Source: a candidate division FCPU426 bacterium (GTDB lineage Bacteria > Oederibacteriota > Muellerivitia > Muellerivitales > Muellerivitaceae). From it: a DNA stretch of 64,000 bases. Positions within the stretch are counted from its first letter, which is position 1. Each line of letters starts with the position of its first letter. The stretch is taken from positions 64,001 through 128,000 of the forward strand of contig CAVYSE010000001.1 of NCBI GenBank assembly GCA_963771075.1, in the 5' to 3' direction. The notes below the pieces were generated by a model that saw only the letters and a list, made by a program, of their open reading frames with translations, was not told the DNA's origin and did not search any database. The position numbers and the translations under genes were made by a program. Positions 1 through 10,904 of the stretch are shown piece by piece.

Positions 1-3000
1 CCGACCAATACCCTATTGATGACCCCCACCCAAACGAATACCAATACGGTGACCAATACCAACACCCAAACCAACACCCGAACCCAAACCAATACTCCAA
101 CCCTGACCAACACCCGAACCCAGACCAATACCCCAACGCTCACCCTGACCGCCACCAACACCTTGCTCGTGACCAATACCCCCACCCAGACCCTGACCTA
201 TACATCCACCAACAGCCCCACGGTGACGATGACTCCGACCACCACCAATAGCCCCACCGTCTCTTCCACTCAAACACCTACCAAGACGATCACCAACACC
301 GAGACGGTCACCAACACCCTCACCCTCACCCTGACAAAAACGCAAACCGACAGCCCCACCGTGACCAGTACGTTTACCACTACGAATAGCCCAACCTTCT
401 CCTACACCCCAACCCCCACGAAGACGGTCACCAACACCGAGACGGTCACCAGCACCCCCACCTTGACCCTGACGAAAACGCAGACCGACAGCCCGACGGT
501 GACCATGACCCTTACCACAACAAATAGCCCGACGGTTTCATCCACTCAAACGCTCACCAAGACGATCACTAACACCGAGACGGTGACCATCACTCCCACC
601 CTGACATTAACGAAAACGCAGACCAATAGCCCAACGGTGACCATGACCCTGACCACCACCAATACCCGGACGGTGACCAGCACCCCCACCGATACCTTTA
701 CCATCACGAATACCTATACGCCCACGAACACCAAGACCATCACCAACACCGATACCCCGACGAATACCAAGACAATCACCAGCACTCCCACCGATACCTT
801 TACCATCACGAATACCTATACGCCCACGAACACCAAGACCATCACAAACACCGATACCCCGACTAATACCAAGACAATCACCAGCACTCCCACCGATACC
901 TTTACCATCACGAATACCTATACGCCCACCAACACCAAGACCATTACCAACACCGATACCCCGACGGATACCAAGACCATCACCAGCACTCCCACCGATA
1001 CCTTTACCATCACGAATACCTATACGCCCACGAACACCAAGACCATCACCAACACCGATACCCCGACGAATACCAAGACAATCACCAGCACTCCCACCGA
1101 TACCTTTACCATCACGAATACCTATACGCCCACCAACACCAAGACCATTACCAACACCGATACCCCGACGGATACCAAGACCATCACCAGCACTCCCACC
1201 GATACCTTTACCATCACGAATACCTATACGCCCACCAACACCAAGACCATCACCAACACCGATACCCCGACGAATACCAAGACCATCACCAGCACCCCCA
1301 CCGATACCTTCACCATCACGAATACCTATACGCCCACGAACACCAAGACCATCACCAACACCGATACCCCGACGAATACCAAAACCATCACCAGCACCCC
1401 CACGGATACCTTTACCATCACGAATACCTATACGCCCACCAACACCAAGACCATCACCAACACCGATACCCCGACGAATACCAAGACCATCACCAGCACC
1501 CCCACCGATACCTTTACTATCACGAATACCTATACGCCCACCCACACCAAAACCATCACCGATACCTTTACCTCCACCCACACTCCAACGGTGACCCGCA
1601 CGCCTACCGATAGTTTCACCCCGACGCAAACCCATACCCCCACTCATAGCCCGACCGTGACGAACACACGAACCTCCACCTTGACGCCCACCTCCACCCA
1701 CACACCGACCGTGACCCCCACGGCGTCTTCGACATCGACCGTGACCTTTACACCCACCGTTACCCTGGTGGGGGCCGCCATGATCACCAAGCAGGTTTCC
1801 ACTTCGGTCACTGGCGCCGGCTCTGATCTGTTCTATACCCTTACCCTGAACGTGACGGGGAGCGGGGTCCAGAACCTGGTGGTGACCGACCCCCTACCGT
1901 CCAACCTTACCTTCAAATCCTTCGGGTCCGTCCCGGCTGGGACCGTCACCCTCTTCAACGCCGCCTCGGCCCTCCTTACCTGGCAGCTGCCCTCGCCCCT
2001 CGCACCCGGTTCTTATCCGCTCGTATTCCAGGCGACGGTCAACAACCTAGTGGCGGGAGGTGTTACGATCCATAACTGCGCGGTGATGAACGTCACGGGC
2101 CAGGGGCCCATGACCGCCTGCGCGGATACCCTGACGACGGGCGAATATACGGTGAAGATCGGGGTCTACAATGAGGCGGGTGAGCTGATCGAGTCCCTGC
2201 CCGTGAGTCAGTATTCCCAATCCATCAACAGCTTCAGCCTGAGCTCGGGGGCAATCACGGCGGTGAGCGGGCCCGGGAGCTCGACGACGGTCCTCTTCTC
2301 GGGAAGCCCCATCGGTTCCTGGAACGGAACGGACTCGTCGGGGACCCCGGTGGTAAACGGCCAGTATTACCTGAAGATCGACAGCATCAGCGGCATGGGC
2401 GCGGACACCAGCGTTACCGAGCCGGTCGTGGTGAATCGGTCGGTCTATAAGGTGGCGGTGAAGATCTACAACGAGGCCGGGGAGGTGGTGAGGAACCTTT
2501 ACGTCTATACGAGTAATCCGGGCCCGAACACGGCCACCCAACTTCAATTATCAACCACGAATTTCGCGCCTACCAGCGGCCCGGTCACCGGTGCCATCCC
2601 AACCCAATTGACGATCACGCTCAACAATGGCACGGCCATCGTGTGGGACGGCACGGGGGACAACGGGACGGTGGTTACTTCCGGCCAATATTACATCGAG
2701 GTATCCGCACAGGACGGGCAGGGCGGGGAAACGCTGTTGACGGCGCATGTGATGGTGCTTTCGGACACGGCCAACGCCGGGATGGGCAATATCACGGCGA
2801 GGCCGAACCTGCTGAACCCGGGCACGGGTTATACCGTCACCTTCATCTCGGACTCGACGCAGAGCCTGACCCTGGCCTGCCGGGTTTATGACATGGCGGG
2901 CGAGCTGGTAAAGCGGAACGCGACGGGTCCGGCGGGGACCAACGGAGCTTCCTGGGACGCGTCGGGGGTTGCCAGCGGGATCTATTTTGCCGTCGTGGAA

Positions 3001-3063
3001 GCTTACAACGCCCAGGGCGGCTTGATCGGCCACCAAAACCTCAAGATCGCGGTGGTGCGGTAG
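1..3063 (+). CDS. Large Thr/Pro-rich surface protein, 5' end outside the window: Thr stalk, DUF11-like domain, three FlgD-Ig-like domains, C-terminal sorting-like tail
   Basis: Frame is open from base 1. About 580 aa of T-x-T-x repeats, then ITKQVS...YTLTLNVTG...VVTDPLP (DUF11-like), [14 protein letters not shown] and WDGTGDNG...GQYYI (FlgD-Ig-like). Ends KIAVVR*. Confidence 0.85.
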   Translation, partial: PTNTLLMTPTQTNTNTVTNTNTQTNTRTQTNTPTLTNTRTQTNTPTLTLTATNTLLVTNTPTQTLTYTSTNSPTVTMTPTTTNSPTVSSTQTPTKTITNTETVTNTLTLTLTKTQTDSPTVTSTFTTTNSPTFSYTPTPTKTVTNTETVTSTPTLTLTKTQTDSPTVTMTLTTTNSPTVSSTQTLTKTITNTETVTITPTLTLTKTQTNSPTVTMTLTTTNTRTVTSTPTDTFTITNTYTPTNTKTITNTDTPTNTKTITSTPTDTFTITNTYTPTNTKTITNTDTPTNTKTITSTPTDTFTITNTYTPTNTKTITNTDTPTDTKTITSTPTDTFTITNTYTPTNTKTITNTDTPTNTKTITSTPTDTFTITNTYTPTNTKTITNTDTPTDTKTITSTPTDTFTITNTYTPTNTKTITNTDTPTNTKTITSTPTDTFTITNTYTPTNTKTITNTDTPTNTKTITSTPTDTFTITNTYTPTNTKTITNTDTPTNTKTITSTPTDTFTITNTYTPTHTKTITDTFTSTHTPTVTRTPTDSFTPTQTHTPTHSPTVTNTRTSTLTPTSTHTPTVTPTASSTSTVTFTPTVTLVGAAMITKQVSTSVTGAGSDLFYTLTLNVTGSGVQNLVVTDPLPSNLTFKSFGSVPAGTVTLFNAASALLTWQLPSPLAPGSYPLVFQATVNNLVAGGVTIHNCAVMNVTGQGPMTACADTLTTGEYTVKIGVYNEAGELIESLPVSQYSQSINSFSLSSGAITAVSGPGSSTTVLFSGSPIGSWNGTDSSGTPVVNGQYYLKIDSISGMGADTSVTEPVVVNRSVYKVAVKIYNEAGEVVRNLYVYTSNPGPNTATQLQLSTTNFAPTSGPVTGAIPTQLTITLNNGTAIVWDGTGDNGTVVTSGQYYIEVSAQDGQGGETLLTAHVMVLSDTANAGMGNITARPNLLNPGTGYTVTFISDSTQSLTLACRVYDMAGELVKRNATGPAGTNGASWDASGVASGIYFAVVEAYNAQGGLIGHQNLKIAVVR
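676..1560 (+). repeat. 102-bp (34-aa) intragenic tandem repeat, 8 full copies plus one partial
   Basis: Unit [34 protein letters not shown]. The AGC codon recurs at 679, 781, 883 ... 1495. Confidence 0.95.
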
Positions 3064-3330
3064 CCTTACTGAAGTCGGCCTAGGACCAGGCCCTGTCGCG
3101 ACTCGTTTTTTCCTTGTTTATGCAATCCCGCACTTCCGAGTTGTTATTGCCAAGTAATCATCCATCCGCCCCCAATGACCAAACCTATTGGGATCAAAGT
3201 CCTGCCGCCCGCTACGATTCTTAACGGACCCCTCCCCTGAAGGCGGTGAATCCCCGGGTCCCATTCGAGGCCCCACATTCACTAATCCTGGGTAAAATAG
3301 AGCCGGAAGGTCGATGGTTCGGAGGCTGTC

Positions 3331-3702
3331 ATGGAAGACGCAAAAATGTTCATTGAAAAACGGGCCTATCCCCGGACCAAGGCGCAATTCCCCGTGAAGT
3401 ATTGCCTTTTAGAGGACAAACGGGAGATCGAATTGATCCTCGACGATAGCAAAAGGGAAAGGGTCGCCCTGACCCGGGACATCAGCCTGGGCGGGATGCA
3501 GATCATCGCCGAACACCCGATCCGGGTGGGGGAGGTCATGATCTTCGAGATCCCCTTGCCCGGCCTGGTCGAACCCCTCCTGGCCGCCGCAGAGGTGGTC
3601 TGGGTGGATGGGAGCACCGGGGGATTGCATTTTCTCAAGATCAGCGACGAAGACTTCGCGGCCCTGACGGCCTACATTAAAAAGGTCGGCGTGCGGGCTT
3701 GA
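3331..3702 (+). CDS. PilZ domain protein (c-di-GMP receptor)
   Basis: RxxxR (KRAYPR) and DxSxxG (DISLGG) motifs; GGAGG RBS. Confidence 0.85.
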   Translation: MEDAKMFIEKRAYPRTKAQFPVKYCLLEDKREIELILDDSKRERVALTRDISLGGMQIIAEHPIRVGEVMIFEIPLPGLVEPLLAAAEVVWVDGSTGGLHFLKISDEDFAALTAYIKKVGVRA

Positions 3703-3805
3703 GGGTGTGAGTAACCCAGCCTTGAGAATCCGCATTTCATCGATGGAATAAAAAATGGGGAGGTCGAACCCTGCCATGGGCAAAAAACTTAAAACCAACA
3801 CGCGA

Positions 3806-4384
3806 ATGAATCCCAAGGTGGACGAATTCCTCGGGAGGGCCAAACAGTGGAGGGAAGAGTTCACTCAATTAAGGGCGATCGCCTTGGCTTGTGGGGTGAC
3901 CGAGGAATTGAAGTGGAAACATCCCTGCTACACGGTCGATGGAAAAAATATCGTCCTGATCCACGGGTTCAAGGAATACTGCGCGCTCCTATTCTTCAAG
4001 GGGGTCTTGATGAAAGACCCCAAGAAGATCCTGATCCAGCAAACCGAACATGTGCAGGGCCCACGCCAGGTGCGATTCACCCGTCTCAGGGACATCACCG
4101 CCCTCACTCCCGTCTTGAAAGGCTATATCCACAATGCCATTGAGGTGGAAAAAGCCGGATTGAAGGTGGTGATGAAAAAAACAGCCGAGTTCAAGGTGCC
4201 CGAAGAATTGCGGGCGAAGTTGGAATCGAACCCCGTCCTGAAGAAGGCCTTCGAGACCCTGACCCCGGGAAGGCAAAGGGCCTACCTGTACTATTTTTCA
4301 CAGGCCAAGCAATCCCAAACCAGGGAAATCCGGATCGAAAAATGCGTCCAGTGGATCCTCTCGGGGAAGGGTTTGGACGATTAG
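3806..4384 (+). CDS. YdeI/OmpD-associated family protein (DUF1801)
   Basis: MNPKVDEF...EELKWKHPCY...FKEYCALLFFKG...LTPGRQRAY...GKGLDD, typical of YdeI. Confidence 0.85.
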   Translation: MNPKVDEFLGRAKQWREEFTQLRAIALACGVTEELKWKHPCYTVDGKNIVLIHGFKEYCALLFFKGVLMKDPKKILIQQTEHVQGPRQVRFTRLRDITALTPVLKGYIHNAIEVEKAGLKVVMKKTAEFKVPEELRAKLESNPVLKKAFETLTPGRQRAYLYYFSQAKQSQTREIRIEKCVQWILSGKGLDD

Positions 4385-4454
4385 GTGTTCAAAGGGGCTC
4401 CTCGGCAGATTTGTTATAATGAACCGATCAATGAAAGAAATTCGGGGTTAAACC

Positions 4455-5459
4455 ATGCCTGGTAGTATCTATCTTTTGCCTCTATTGATGCCCCGCTCCA
4501 CCCCGGAGGACCTCTTGACCGAATCGGTCGGTTATTTGCTGGACCATAATCTCCTCCTGCGCGAGAAGCTGGAAAGACGTGTGTTTGGCGACATCGCCCC
4601 CAACGCCCAGCCCGAGATTGAGACCCAAAGGGCCTTCAAGGACGGCCGGGCCGATATTTATTTCGAATCCAAATCCCGCAAAATGATCGTGGAAGTGAGG
4701 ATCAACACCGACTTTATCGAGAATCAGCCCTACAATTACCTGGAACATTTGAACGAAGGAACCCCGGGCCGGGAATTGGCCCTGGTCTTGTTCGCCCCCC
4801 GCCGGAGGAAGGACCCGTTAATCAAAAAAACCCTGCAGAGGCTCAAGGGAAAGGTGAAGGACCTTCATTGGGAGGGGGAACAGGGAATCGCGGGGAAAGT
4901 GAAGCTCCGCTTTTGGTCCTTTCGGGAATGCGGGGATTGGATCCAGGAAATATTGGAGCGGGAAACCGAAATGAAAATGCGCGTGCATTTGGAGGAAATC
5001 ATGAGCGTGATCCGTGAAAGGGACCGGGAATATTCGTTCCATACGAAGCCCGCCCAACTCGGCCAAGCCCCTATGGGCGCTTCGTTAAAGGACCTCGTTA
5101 GTTATGTGAACGCCGTCAAGGACAAGTTGGAGGAAGAAGGCTATACGATCGAACGATACAACGACCGGACCCGTGGCTTTTACTTTGGTTTTACCATCGG
5201 CTCACGGCGGAAATTATGGTTCGGCTATTGGCTGGTGCCCTGGGCGGAGGGCAAAGGCCCGATCTGGCTGACCACCGAAACAGGCAACCAGGAGGATAGC
5301 GAGTGGTTTGAGTCGAAGGTGGTGGGGACCTGCGTGATTCATGACGACGGATACGACATGATTTCCAAACCTATTCCCCTGGGCGGTAAGACATGGGATG
5401 AAATGATTGAAAGGACGCTGATCCGCTTGCGCCCAATCCTGGAAAAGATCGATAAATGA
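4455..5459 (+). CDS. PD-(D/E)XK nuclease-like protein (PDDEXK_4-like N-terminus)
   Basis: EDLLTE...IETQ...GRADI...IVEVRI...ENQPYNY pattern. Confidence 0.6.
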   Translation: MPGSIYLLPLLMPRSTPEDLLTESVGYLLDHNLLLREKLERRVFGDIAPNAQPEIETQRAFKDGRADIYFESKSRKMIVEVRINTDFIENQPYNYLEHLNEGTPGRELALVLFAPRRRKDPLIKKTLQRLKGKVKDLHWEGEQGIAGKVKLRFWSFRECGDWIQEILERETEMKMRVHLEEIMSVIRERDREYSFHTKPAQLGQAPMGASLKDLVSYVNAVKDKLEEEGYTIERYNDRTRGFYFGFTIGSRRKLWFGYWLVPWAEGKGPIWLTTETGNQEDSEWFESKVVGTCVIHDDGYDMISKPIPLGGKTWDEMIERTLIRLRPILEKIDK

Positions 5460-5748
5460 TCCGCTGATGCGGCCACGATGGCCCTCCTCGCTTGAAAGTA
5501 TGATTTTTTACGTTTCATCGACATTTATGTAGGGCCCGACCTTGATCTTTTATTCCAAACCCCGCTTTCTCTTGGATACTCCTGGGCTTCACAAGCCCCT
5601 ATTTATTTAACTCTTCACAATCGCTTTGATTTACAAAATTTCCATGATGTTTTTTGTTCCCGCCCATGTCCTCCATCCACCCCGGGGGATGGCACGCCAT
5701 ATGCCATTACCTAAAAGAGCAATAAAAATGATTGAACCTGGAGGCAAC

Positions 5749-6426
5749 ATGAAATTTTATCTTTCGCTGAATCAGTTGATGGAAGGTCTCGAAACCCTTG
5801 GCCAGAGCGTCCAGTTCCTATCAAGCCGGGCGCTGCGGATATCCCCTAGGGACGCCCGGGCTAACCGAGACCTTCTGGATCAATGTTCCGCCAAACTGGG
5901 TGAAGTGAGCGAATTGCTGGATAAAAAGATCCGTGTCAGCAAGATCGCCCTGCGAAACTCGGGCATCCTTTACGATCTTTTGGATGTTTTTTACCGCCGG
6001 ACCCTCCACCTGGCCGCCTCTTCCGCAAGCCTGGGTGCGGACGAAAAGGAATCCATCCAGTGTGTCTGGCCTCTTTTGTCGCAGGCCCAGAAGCATTATC
6101 ACCAACTGGCCAAGACCCTTTTCGCCGCCACTGACCTGCCGGTGACCCTGAAGTTGGACGCGGCGGCGGAATACCAGAACCGTTCTTTTCCCGTTATTCT
6201 TCAGGACGATTCCGCCTTCCAGCGGGAAGCCTTGAAACTGTTGGATCGGGCGGTGGAACTTTTTGGGGAAGAGGCCGATATGGCCGGAACGCTGGAGCAG
6301 ACCCGCAAGGAGATGCTGGAAACCCGCCGATGGATGAACCGTACCTTCGCCGTGGCCAAATCGGAAAAGCTGATGGAGAACATGGTCTCCGATATGGCCT
6401 ATCACGTGGCAAACTCGCCCAATTAA
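5749..6426 (+). CDS. Hypothetical all-helical protein
   Basis: Long ORF with a GGAGG RBS before ATG 5749; helical composition; no recognised motif. Confidence 0.6.
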   Translation: MKFYLSLNQLMEGLETLGQSVQFLSSRALRISPRDARANRDLLDQCSAKLGEVSELLDKKIRVSKIALRNSGILYDLLDVFYRRTLHLAASSASLGADEKESIQCVWPLLSQAQKHYHQLAKTLFAATDLPVTLKLDAAAEYQNRSFPVILQDDSAFQREALKLLDRAVELFGEEADMAGTLEQTRKEMLETRRWMNRTFAVAKSEKLMENMVSDMAYHVANSPN

Positions 6427-6652
6427 CGTTTTCAATCCAAGGTTCGGGGAAGGGGTTCGAGAGAGACCTGAAGGGTCTCTCTTCCTTAGGCTGGATTGCA
6501 GGAAAAAGCGAGCCCTTCCAGTCAACTTTTATCAGATGGTTTATATCAGGGGTTTTTCCATGAAAAATGAATTGAACCTTTCAAGCTGGGGTGTAATTTA
6601 GGGGTGAAGCGGAAGGGAACCGACTTCCATTCCCGTTCTTTAAAGAGCCCCC

Positions 6653-7186
6653 ATGAAAACGGCCGATTGTTCAAACTGCGGAAGGACCCTAACGCTACCC
6701 AAGAACCGAAGGGGCCAAAGCCGGGCCCATGTCATTTGTCCGGAATGCGGGGAGGTTTACCAGCGCCAGAGCCGGGGGATGAACGTGGCGAAGGTCTTGA
6801 GCAAAACCGACCTGCCGAGCCTGGTCCTGGACAAGCAGAATCGGGTACTAGGCTGCAATGAAAGTTACATCGAAAAGATCGCCGCCGGGAATATAAGCCC
6901 GGCAGGCCTCCTGATGGGTGAGTTCCTGGAATGCGTGAATTCCTATTCTCCCGAGGGATGCGGGCAGACCCACCATTGCGGGGATTGCGCCATCCGCCAA
7001 GCCGCAAGCAAAACACTTAAAACCGGCAAGGCCGTGAAATATATACCCGCCTATATCACCCGGTTCGAGGACAACCGGAAGGTCCGCAAAGAATTGCTCA
7101 TTTCCGCAACCCCGGTGGGAAAGAATGTACAGGTCACGGTGGAGACCCTCTTTAAAACTTTAGAGCCGCTTCCTCCGAAAAAATAA
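6653..7186 (+). CDS. Zinc-ribbon plus Cys-rich PAS-like domain protein
   Basis: CSNC...CPEC, then LVLDKQNRVLGCN (PAS-like start) and GEFLECVNS...GCGQTHHCGDCAIR. Confidence 0.65.
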   Translation: MKTADCSNCGRTLTLPKNRRGQSRAHVICPECGEVYQRQSRGMNVAKVLSKTDLPSLVLDKQNRVLGCNESYIEKIAAGNISPAGLLMGEFLECVNSYSPEGCGQTHHCGDCAIRQAASKTLKTGKAVKYIPAYITRFEDNRKVRKELLISATPVGKNVQVTVETLFKTLEPLPPKK

Positions 7187-7331
7187 AGAAACGAGCATTT
7201 TTTTATTTCCAACGAAATCGATAAGGGTTGGGGCTTGCGGGGATGAAATAAATACCCCCCAAGGGCTCCCTTGCGATCAAAGCACTCCTATAATTAATGG
7301 CGCTGTTTAAATAAATATCTTGGGAGGCTTT

Positions 7332-7871
7332 ATGATCAAAACATCGAGTCTTATCTTTCCGGCGATCCTGACTCTCTTGATGTGCTTCCCGCGCTTGGCT
7401 TATGAACAAACCACCGCCAAGCCCTCCATGATCCTGGATGAAGTGTTCGCGCTGCCCCACAAGATCATAGTGGGGAATCAGGTAACCTATGGGATCGACA
7501 AGGTTTTCATCATACCCAAGCGGGCGACCGTGGGGCTCCGGATCGCGGCCAATAAAAAAAGACCGCACCTCAATGTTAACCTTTTGGACGAGGAACAATA
7601 CACGAAGTACCGATCCTCCTTTAGCCTGAAACACATTCGGGTAAACGACGAGTTCTCGAAACAGGGTACCTCGGATTTCGAGGCGATCCATGAATTGGCC
7701 CCGGGAAAATACTTTTTCCTGATCCGTTGGGCCGATCAAGTCACAAAACGGACCCAACTGAATGTGGCCTTGAAGGTGTACGCCCGGGAGATTCAACCTT
7801 CCGGGGCGACCCTTGATACGCAATGGGCGGACCTGCTGGGCGACTATAGTCCGACACCCATCACTCAATGA
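7332..7871 (+). CDS. Hypothetical exported protein
   Basis: GGAGG RBS; N-terminal signal-peptide-like hydrophobic stretch. Confidence 0.6.
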   Translation: MIKTSSLIFPAILTLLMCFPRLAYEQTTAKPSMILDEVFALPHKIIVGNQVTYGIDKVFIIPKRATVGLRIAANKKRPHLNVNLLDEEQYTKYRSSFSLKHIRVNDEFSKQGTSDFEAIHELAPGKYFFLIRWADQVTKRTQLNVALKVYAREIQPSGATLDTQWADLLGDYSPTPITQ

Positions 7872-8070
7872 AAGTTAAAAGATCGAAACAAAACTTTACT
7901 TTTATTCGCGATCTTTAAGTCTTCGCGGTGAAAATTTGAGGTTTTGTTCCGTTTCTTTAGACTCCCTTAGGGGCTTGCACCCCACCCGGTCCCTGCCGGA
8001 AAGGGAATAAGCCACGTTCGGCGCCTTGCGGGCGTCTTCCCAACCCCCTTTCTGCGGACCATAATGTCTC

Positions 8071-9072
8071 ATGACCCTTTCCACCTCGCAGACGCCCATT
8101 GGTTCCGGTTTTGGGGCCGCATCCACTTCCCGCGAGGTAATCCAGGGCATCCATCTGGCCAATCGAGTCGCCATCGTGACAGGGGGCTATGCGGGTTTAG
8201 GTCTCGAAACGGTGCGGACCCTGGCGGGTGCGGGTTGCAAGGTGATTGTCCCGACCCGGGATCACCACCGGGCCTTCAAGGTTTTGGAAGAAATACAGGG
8301 TGTTGAACTCCAGAAAATGGACCTGATGGACCCGAATTCCATCGTTGATTTCACGGAGCGGTTTATCGAAACGGGTCGGCCTCTCCACATCCTCATCAAT
8401 TGCGCGGGGATCATGGCCTGTCCCCTGGCGAGGGACCCGCGGGGAAACGAGTCCCAACTTTCCACCAACCACCTGGGCCACTTTCAGCTTACTACCCGCC
8501 TTTTGCCCGCCCTTTTCAGGGCGAAAGCAGCGCGCGTGATCAATGTCACGTCACTGGGACACCGCTACTCCCCTGTGGTGGAAGAGGACCCTAACTTCGA
8601 GCGCCGCAATTATGACCCCTGGCTGGCTTATGGCCAATCCAAGACCGCTAACTCGCTCTTTTCGGTGGAACTGGACCGCCGGTACCAGGACCAGGGCATC
8701 CGTTCCTTCGCCGTGCACCCGGGAAGGGTCCTGACGGGATTAGGGAGGCACGTGCCCCGGGAATCCCTCCTGGCGGGTGGTTTCATCGACGAAGGCGGAA
8801 ACCCCATTCTCGATCCCTTGAACAAAATGAAGACCCTCGAGCAAGGCGCGGCGACCATTTTGTGGGCCGCGACGAACCTGAAGATTAATGGCCTGGGAGG
8901 GGTCTATTGCGAGAACTGCGACATCGCCCCCTTGATGGACGGGGAACTGGGCACCCGGGATTTGAAAAATTCCACCGGGCTGGTTGGCGTGATGAACCAC
9001 GCGGTGGATCCGGACGCGGCCGAGCGGCTCTGGGCCTTGAGCGAGAAGTTGATATCCAGGAACACAAACTGA
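8071..9072 (+). CDS. Short-chain dehydrogenase/reductase (retinol dehydrogenase/WWOX-like)
   Basis: TGGYAGLG, NCAG, NHLGHF, YGQSK (YxxxK), VHPG, QGAAT. Confidence 0.92.
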   Translation: MTLSTSQTPIGSGFGAASTSREVIQGIHLANRVAIVTGGYAGLGLETVRTLAGAGCKVIVPTRDHHRAFKVLEEIQGVELQKMDLMDPNSIVDFTERFIETGRPLHILINCAGIMACPLARDPRGNESQLSTNHLGHFQLTTRLLPALFRAKAARVINVTSLGHRYSPVVEEDPNFERRNYDPWLAYGQSKTANSLFSVELDRRYQDQGIRSFAVHPGRVLTGLGRHVPRESLLAGGFIDEGGNPILDPLNKMKTLEQGAATILWAATNLKINGLGGVYCENCDIAPLMDGELGTRDLKNSTGLVGVMNHAVDPDAAERLWALSEKLISRNTN

Positions 9073-9228
9073 ACCGAAAAACGATTTCGACCTGCTCGCA
9101 GCGGGTTCGCAATCCTTGTTTCCTTCCGTGATTCCAGAACTCCCATTTGCTAAGATCATTCTCGGGAGTTATTATCTAGAAAGTTCCGGGCGGATGGACC
9201 GCCCGAATCTTCCAGGAGGCGTCCGCTC

Positions 9229-9639
9229 ATGACCGAAGAGGAGAAACATTTGACCCAGGCGGAAAAGCAAATTCACCGCCTGGAACAATTGCGCCTTCAA
9301 AAAGAACAGGAATCGAAGCTGTCCGCCGAGAAGGCTTTTTTCCCCGCCAAAACCGAGGTGGAACGCACTACCGCACGGTTGGCGGCCATGAAGAAATCCG
9401 CCGATCAAACCCACGGGCATAAGAGGCCCCGGTTCGAGGGCAAGAGGAAAAGCGCGAAGCTGACCCAACTGCAGGTCAAGGCCCTTGAAGGGATGCAGGC
9501 CCAGGACCCCGAGTTATCCTCCAGCCAGCTCATTCGCATCGCCATGAACCATTTTCTGAAGATCGAGAACAGCGCTGACGAGAATACGATCGAGGCAAAG
9601 GCCATGGAAATCCTGAGGCAGCTCAGCAGCCGGTCTTGA
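9229..9639 (+). CDS. Hypothetical protein, coiled coil plus possible ribbon-helix-helix domain
   Basis: AGGAGG RBS; KRKSAKLT...LEGM...SSSQLIRIAMNHFL resembles a CopG/RHH fold. Confidence 0.55.
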   Translation: MTEEEKHLTQAEKQIHRLEQLRLQKEQESKLSAEKAFFPAKTEVERTTARLAAMKKSADQTHGHKRPRFEGKRKSAKLTQLQVKALEGMQAQDPELSSSQLIRIAMNHFLKIENSADENTIEAKAMEILRQLSSRS

Positions 9640-9784
9640 AAAACAAAATCAAATATTAGACCATTTAAATATTTGCCGCCAAGCCACCATGAAAAGCTTC
9701 TGTTTAATTTAACGCGGAAGCCAAAGTGGTATTGATTCGACAATGAAAAAGGGTTCACGAATATATTTACGAATGAGGTCGCTT

Positions 9785-9985
9785 TTGAAATTGCATGTGA
9801 ATGGGGAAAGCCGGGATTTCGCCGATGGACTGGCGCTGGAAGGATTGATCTCTCAACTGGGGATTAAGAAAGAAGCGGTCGTGGCGGAAGTTAATCGGAA
9901 AATTATCCAACCTTCCGAAAGGGCGGGCTTCATGCTTGCCGACGGGGACCGAATAGAATTGATCACCTTTGTCGGCGGAGGGTAA
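9785..9985 (+). CDS. thiS: Thiamine biosynthesis sulfur carrier ThiS
   Basis: LHVNGE...VAEVN...DGDRIELITFVGGG, C-terminal GG; TTG start after GAGGT; upstream of thiG. Confidence 0.93.
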   Translation: MKLHVNGESRDFADGLALEGLISQLGIKKEAVVAEVNRKIIQPSERAGFMLADGDRIELITFVGGG

Positions 9986-10107
9986 AGCAATGGGCAGTCC
10001 ACAGTTGACAGCCAGAAAAGGGAATCAACCCGAAAATTAGTACACAGACCACCGTTGGCAGATCGCGGTCAGGCATCCGCCTAAAGGCGAAAACCGAGGA
10101 AAAAGAA

Positions 10108-10902
10108 ATGGCTATCACGTTAGAACAAATCAAAACCCAGGACAGTTGGACCATCAACGGCAAGACCTTTACTTCCCGTCTGTTGGTGGGGACGGGCAAG
10201 TACGCCTCCAACGAGCTGATGGCCGATTGCCTGGCGGCCTCTGGAACCCAGATTGTCACGGTGGCCCTGCGGCGTATTCCCCTCGATCAAAAGAACGAGA
10301 AGAACCTCCTCGATTTCATTGATCTTAAGAAATATACCCTGCTTCCCAACACGGCGGGGTGCTTCAACGCCGAGGAGGCCATTCGTATCGCCCGTCTATC
10401 ACGGGCCGCGGGGCTGTCCGACTTCGTGAAATTGGAAGTGCTCTTCGACGAGAAGACCCTCTTGCCCGACCCCATTGCCACCCTGGAAGCCACGAAGATT
10501 TTGGTTTCGGAGGGGTTCACCGTCATGTGCTATACCTCGGACGACCCGGTCATGGCCCAAAAATTGGAACAAGCCGGGGCCCACGCGGTCATGCCGGCAG
10601 GGTCTCCCATCGGCTCGGGACAGGGGGTTCTCAACCCCAACAACATCCGCATCATCCTTGAGAAACTCAAGTGCCCTGTGCTCATCGACGCAGGAGTGGG
10701 CTCCGCCTCGGACGTGGCGGTGGCCATGGAACTGGGTGTGGAGGCCGTGCTCTTGAACACCGCCATCGCCCACGCGAAGGATCCCCTGAAGATGGCCTAC
10801 GCCATGCGGTGCGCCACCGAGGCAGGGCGATTGTCCTATCAGGCGGGGCGTATCCCCAAAAAACTCTACGCCCAGGCCTCCACCCCGCAAAAGGATTTTT
10901 AA
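10108..10902 (+). CDS. thiG: Thiazole synthase
   Basis: [42 protein letters not shown]. Confidence 0.97.
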   Translation: MAITLEQIKTQDSWTINGKTFTSRLLVGTGKYASNELMADCLAASGTQIVTVALRRIPLDQKNEKNLLDFIDLKKYTLLPNTAGCFNAEEAIRIARLSRAAGLSDFVKLEVLFDEKTLLPDPIATLEATKILVSEGFTVMCYTSDDPVMAQKLEQAGAHAVMPAGSPIGSGQGVLNPNNIRIILEKLKCPVLIDAGVGSASDVAVAMELGVEAVLLNTAIAHAKDPLKMAYAMRCATEAGRLSYQAGRIPKKLYAQASTPQKDF

Positions 10903-10904
10903 CC

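Noticed and set aside
676..1560. Regular repeats as a possible CRISPR array
   Set aside because: Units are contiguous, in-frame multiples of 3 with no unique spacers, and there are no cas genes.
607..1701. Long Gly/Ile/Arg-rich minus-strand ORF, and similar ones opposite the other Thr stalks
   Set aside because: Antisense shadows of ACN-rich repeats with no independent coding evidence.
9640..10107. TPP riboswitch near thiS/thiG
   Set aside because: No recognisable TPP aptamer core (CUGAGA ... ACCUG) in either intergenic region.
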